A stretch of DNA of 49,509 bases, filler included, from Circinaria calcarea (taxonomy: Eukaryota), in assembly GCA_051942165.1 (NCBI GenBank). It is 2 parts of 2 records of this genome, joined end to end, with 100 filler letters (N's around TTAATTAATTAA, not from the genome) between each part and the next. Parts side by side here need not be neighbours in the genome. Positions count along the whole stretch, not along the records: positions 24,863 to 49,509 come from JAVECS010000103.1; 1 more part is not named here. One strand, 5' to 3'. Every line of letters begins with the position of its first letter. Within the stretch, counting starts at the first letter, position 1. The position numbers and the translations under genes are program-made. The notes under the pieces were generated by a model. The model did not search any database and had not been told where the DNA came from. It saw only the letters and a program-made list of their open reading frames with translations. Of the stretch, positions 45,907 to 49,509 are shown in pieces.

Positions 45907-47552
45907 AGCTCAGGGAGTTCTTTTACAAGCAATACGTCATATGATCTTCGTGATACCGCTGTTGGCATTACTTCTATGCCCTTGAGACCTATGATTTTCA
46001 ATCACGGAGTGTGGTGGTCTAGGGGAAGGTACTGTGCTCGGTTCTATATGTGAGAGGATAGCCATTGCTACTTTGACTACGAGGTATCTTTGTAGCACTG
46101 CTATCGCTAGTAGTAGCAGCTGGAGGGAAAACGAGGAAGCGGAGAAGAAGAAGTGAACGGAAGGGGCATTACCGTAATGTACAGACGGAGCATTTTCGAT
46201 GAAATAGAAGATGGGGGATTCGCGAAGCAGGAGAAGAGGAACCTCGGCTGGCAGAAGAGGCAGGTCATGTCATTCACACCGCGGGTCATACGTTCAGCCA
46301 CCTACCCCCAGCTCTACAACCCCTTCACCAGCATGGACCCTAACCAGCTACCGAATATAACATTCGCAGCCCCGGAGCCGAAAATCATGGATCTGGGCCA
46401 AAGATTTCAGTAGCTGTTACGGGTTTTGCTCGATTTTCAGGGGGTGGGGAAGAAATTCGTGCGTCAAGTTCGGCTTAACTCTTCAAGCTAGTTTCCAACA
46501 TAACTGTAATTCAATAGAACTCATCCAGTATCCATCGTAGACTGGCTTCCTCGAGATCTCTAGCATATGCACCAAACCTAGAGCAATACCCGCTGGACGG
46601 AGTACGGAAGAAATCCGGTGTGAGGTACAGGACTCACAGCACCTGACAAAAAAGAAAGTTGGCAACCCCGAATTACTGTAACCCCCAACCGTAGTTACTG
46701 ACCCTACCCTTTTCAGCCTAGGATTGGGGGAATAGGGACCACCAATGCTGGGAGGGGTTCTCACAAATTTTAGAGGGGGAATATTTTAGTTGGCGGGTAA
46801 TCACGGTCCGGGGGGTTGCCAGTTTTTAAGTCAAGTGCGGTTATTGGGATTAGCGTGCCTGAGTAATGCAGAAGATCCTGGGCCGCTAGTTTTTGTGCAA
46901 TGACAAAGCTGTGCCTGCATCCTGTTCCAGGCCCTTGTACAAAAGTCGCCTTCGATGGAAGAACATTAGTGTTTGAGGGGTGCTCCGTTCCTACCACCTA
47001 TAAATCGAGTTCTAAAACGTATTGCATGATTCGATGAGCTGTTATTCCGGTGTGAGGGTCCTCCAGTACCATGTTGCCCTCTCAGCAACAACTTCTGCTC
47101 ACCTGCCTCGTTTGGCACAGAGGCAGTGAGAGGCAGCAGCAGCGGCAACATAGACCTCGATGATTGCTGGTATGGGGTTCGGTATTCTGACGTCATGGCT
47201 GGGAAGTAAGTTAACAACAGCAATGTCTAGGAATGAATCTACAGCTTCCTCTGTCAGGGTGTTGCTTTAATTTCATGTGCCCTACGAAAGATCTCCGTCT
47301 TCGGTAACATGGCGGGAGACAGGTGAGAGTCTTGCATCTGAAAAGGTGGATGGTGTGGAAATATGTTTTCATTGCTCATCGTGTTTCGTACTTTACCTGC
47401 GTCATGAATCTATATAAGTGAAAGAGTGTGATGGGCCAACGAAAGGCCAGCGCAATGGCCCTGAGAACTGTTTGGATGGAAATGACTCCTTTAAAACAAC
47501 CGAGTAAGAACAGAACATTTCTTCCGAAACAACAATACTTCTACGACTTTCA

Positions 47553-47978
47553 TCATCCCTGTCTGCGAGACTCGCCGTCGGCTTGCCTATAGCACGTGCA
47601 TGCACGCGACGTTGTCAACCTTCCTGTATCGGCCCGGACATGAAGCGAAGATTGCTCAGATGGACCTTCGGCGAGGAAGCGATCCATTGGGCTCAGGTGA
47701 TGTCCTTGCTGGCCATGTGTAGGACTCATCTCCATGGTTGGGCCATGGTATGCGCAGGTGGGATGATGATATCCATTCGTTCTTTGGTACGAAGATGTAG
47801 CAGAGGGACCTGGCCCTGTATTGGAGGCTGATGTTTGATGAAGATGGGCACCAATACCCACGAGGTTGGATTGCTGGAAAGACGAGCCGCCGGATACGGA
47901 ACGGATCCCGTTAGAGGTTGCTTGTGAGCTTCCAGCAAGGTGGGTGCTTTGGTGTCTATGTTTCAAAGAAGTCAGCAT
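47553..47978 (-). CDS. Possible small Ser/His-rich hypothetical protein
   Basis: ATG-initiated 141-aa ORF downstream of a pyrimidine-rich leader; no family recognised. Confidence 0.3.
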   Translation of the reverse strand: MLTSLKHRHQSTHLAGSSQATSNGIRSVSGGSSFQQSNLVGIGAHLHQTSASNTGPGPSATSSYQRTNGYHHPTCAYHGPTMEMSPTHGQQGHHLSPMDRFLAEGPSEQSSLHVRADTGRLTTSRACTCYRQADGESRRQG

Positions 47979-49088
47979 GTGGATACGGGTACAGGAGGAA
48001 GAAATGTTAAGAAAGATAAGGTGGACGCGTGGTATGACCTTTGAGACAAGACTGCATTATGTTCTTGGGAAGCCATAAGGTTTTGTTGTGTATGGACACC
48101 GGGGAAGAGATTGAGCCCAAGGATGAGTACGTATGGAGTGAAGAGGGAACGGAAGCTGAAAGTAAAGAGTCTGGTTAACTGGGGTTTATTTTGGCGGATG
48201 GGTTTGGTCTTATATATCCTCATTGCTTGGCCTGACAGGAGAGGAGGCAGAGGTCTTGCAAAAGAAGGGGGCACGGGTCTGACAGAAGAGGGGGAGACTG
48301 GTTTGACAGAAGATAGGGTAATGCAGAAAGAATAAGGCATCTACTTACTGATCTCCCAGAGTACAGGTCAATGCAGATACCTAGTTTGCCGTCTCTGATC
48401 CAGCCATAACTCTTTGCCTTGCTCCTGCGCGTACGGGGAGAGGCTACCGCCAATTTCCATCCACCTAGGAGTTCTCCAATGTAGTGTCGGTGATGTTACC
48501 GTACGAGCTTTGATACTTAGGATTTACGCTAAGACATTGGCGGCGGAGGTTTACTGGCTGGCTAGGTCGGGTCGATCCTGCCATTGGCTGGTACACTTTT
48601 GTATGGCTTGGCAATATATAATAATCGGCTGTACAATACAACGATACCCCATGTCCTTGCTAATGTAGCTGGAGTTTTGGAAGAGTCGTGGGAGCGTCAT
48701 GGTCCCGGGCAACGCCATTCCGGGAAGTCTAGACATAATTCGGCACAAAACGTCTCCTGTGTGGACAGTACTCTTTTGTTGACCTTGGCAAATGCTTACT
48801 TCTCATGCAGGATGTGGCGGTTGCATCGCCGGCTGCAGCACGTGCGCCTTCCAATGCACCCTGCAGGTGCCGCGATGTCCGGTCGGCCGTTGATTGGCTT
48901 CTCTCCTTTTGTTTGGCTTGGCAAGGCAATTTAAGGCATCGAGGCTCCAAGGCAGCAACAAAGTAGCCGCGCATAGTCGCATAAGGCTCAAGTTCCAACT
49001 TCCCAAAGCCACCCTTCAGTCTCGATTTCGTTTCTATCCAAGACAAGATTTGGACTTCCCATATCATCCCCAGCGTCCCACTCTTAGA

Positions 49089-49509
49089 ATGGAGCCGTTG
49101 ACGCATCTAAACGATGACAACCGGGTCCGAATACAGCTTACCGCTGATATTCCATTCGATAAAAAGTGGGATATTCTGGGGCCTGTAATCAAGCGACTAT
49201 ACATTGATGAGAATAAAAAGCTCACCAAAGTCATGGAGATCGTGGGAGTGGAATATGGTTTCGTTGCTACGTGAGGACCTTCTAACTGTCTTAGCCTAGA
49301 ATTTGCTGAACAGCCGTTTTCTTGGCAGGGAAACCCAGTACAAGTATCATGTCAAGAAGTGGAAATTGAGGAAGAACATCTCCACTCCCAAGAAGGAGGC
49401 AATGTGTAAGATCCGCCAGACAAGAGCCGAGGCAGGCAAGTCGTCTGCCTTTCGAGATGAGCGGCAAGGTAAAACTATCGACGACAAGAAGTTACGACGG
49501 CACCTCAAG
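49089..49509 (+). CDS. Clr5-domain protein, 5' part only (truncated by window end)
   Basis: KWDILGPVIKRLYIDENKKLTKVMEIVGVEYGFVAT, intron 49271-49328, then ETQYKYHVKKWKLRKNI, matching the Clr5 pattern W...I..LY..E...L..V...M...YGF.A...QY......W...KN. Confidence 0.8.

Noticed and set aside
1..49509. CRISPR arrays, rRNA genes, transposase or reverse transcriptase ORFs
   Set aside because: None seen; the sequence is eukaryotic and the regular repeats are intragenic or simple repeats.

Overview
Gene-dense, intron-containing fungal (filamentous ascomycete, Pezizomycotina-like) nuclear DNA with a 100-nt N-padded scaffold gap at 24763-24862. Recognisable housekeeping genes: FKBP12-type PPIase, HIS2, an S53 sedolisin/tripeptidyl peptidase, a very long Msb2-like signalling mucin, PRO2, ISU1, CSN3, UBP14, a dienelactone-hydrolase-family gene and RFA1. 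Also present: several hypothetical proteins, a frameshifted metallo-beta-lactamase-fold gene, a small TIR element and a Clr5-domain gene cut by the window end. Two observations stand out. (1) An intronless 954-960 aa gene fuses a fungal HeLo-like/SesA-type N-terminal helical domain to a full but catalytically degenerate Hsp70 NBD+SBD-like region, a candidate decoy-sensor immune or cell-death protein. (2) ISU1 appears to carry a non-canonical AT-AC intron with U2-type signals. Further points: a hidden upstream exon giving FKBP12 a mitochondrial-type presequence, an ATG-depleted ~1 kb MSB2 leader with one uORF and an intron, a 25-bp hairpin, a MITE-like element and a 19-aa tandem repeat. All gene models were built by eye and family calls rest on recalled motifs, not database searches.
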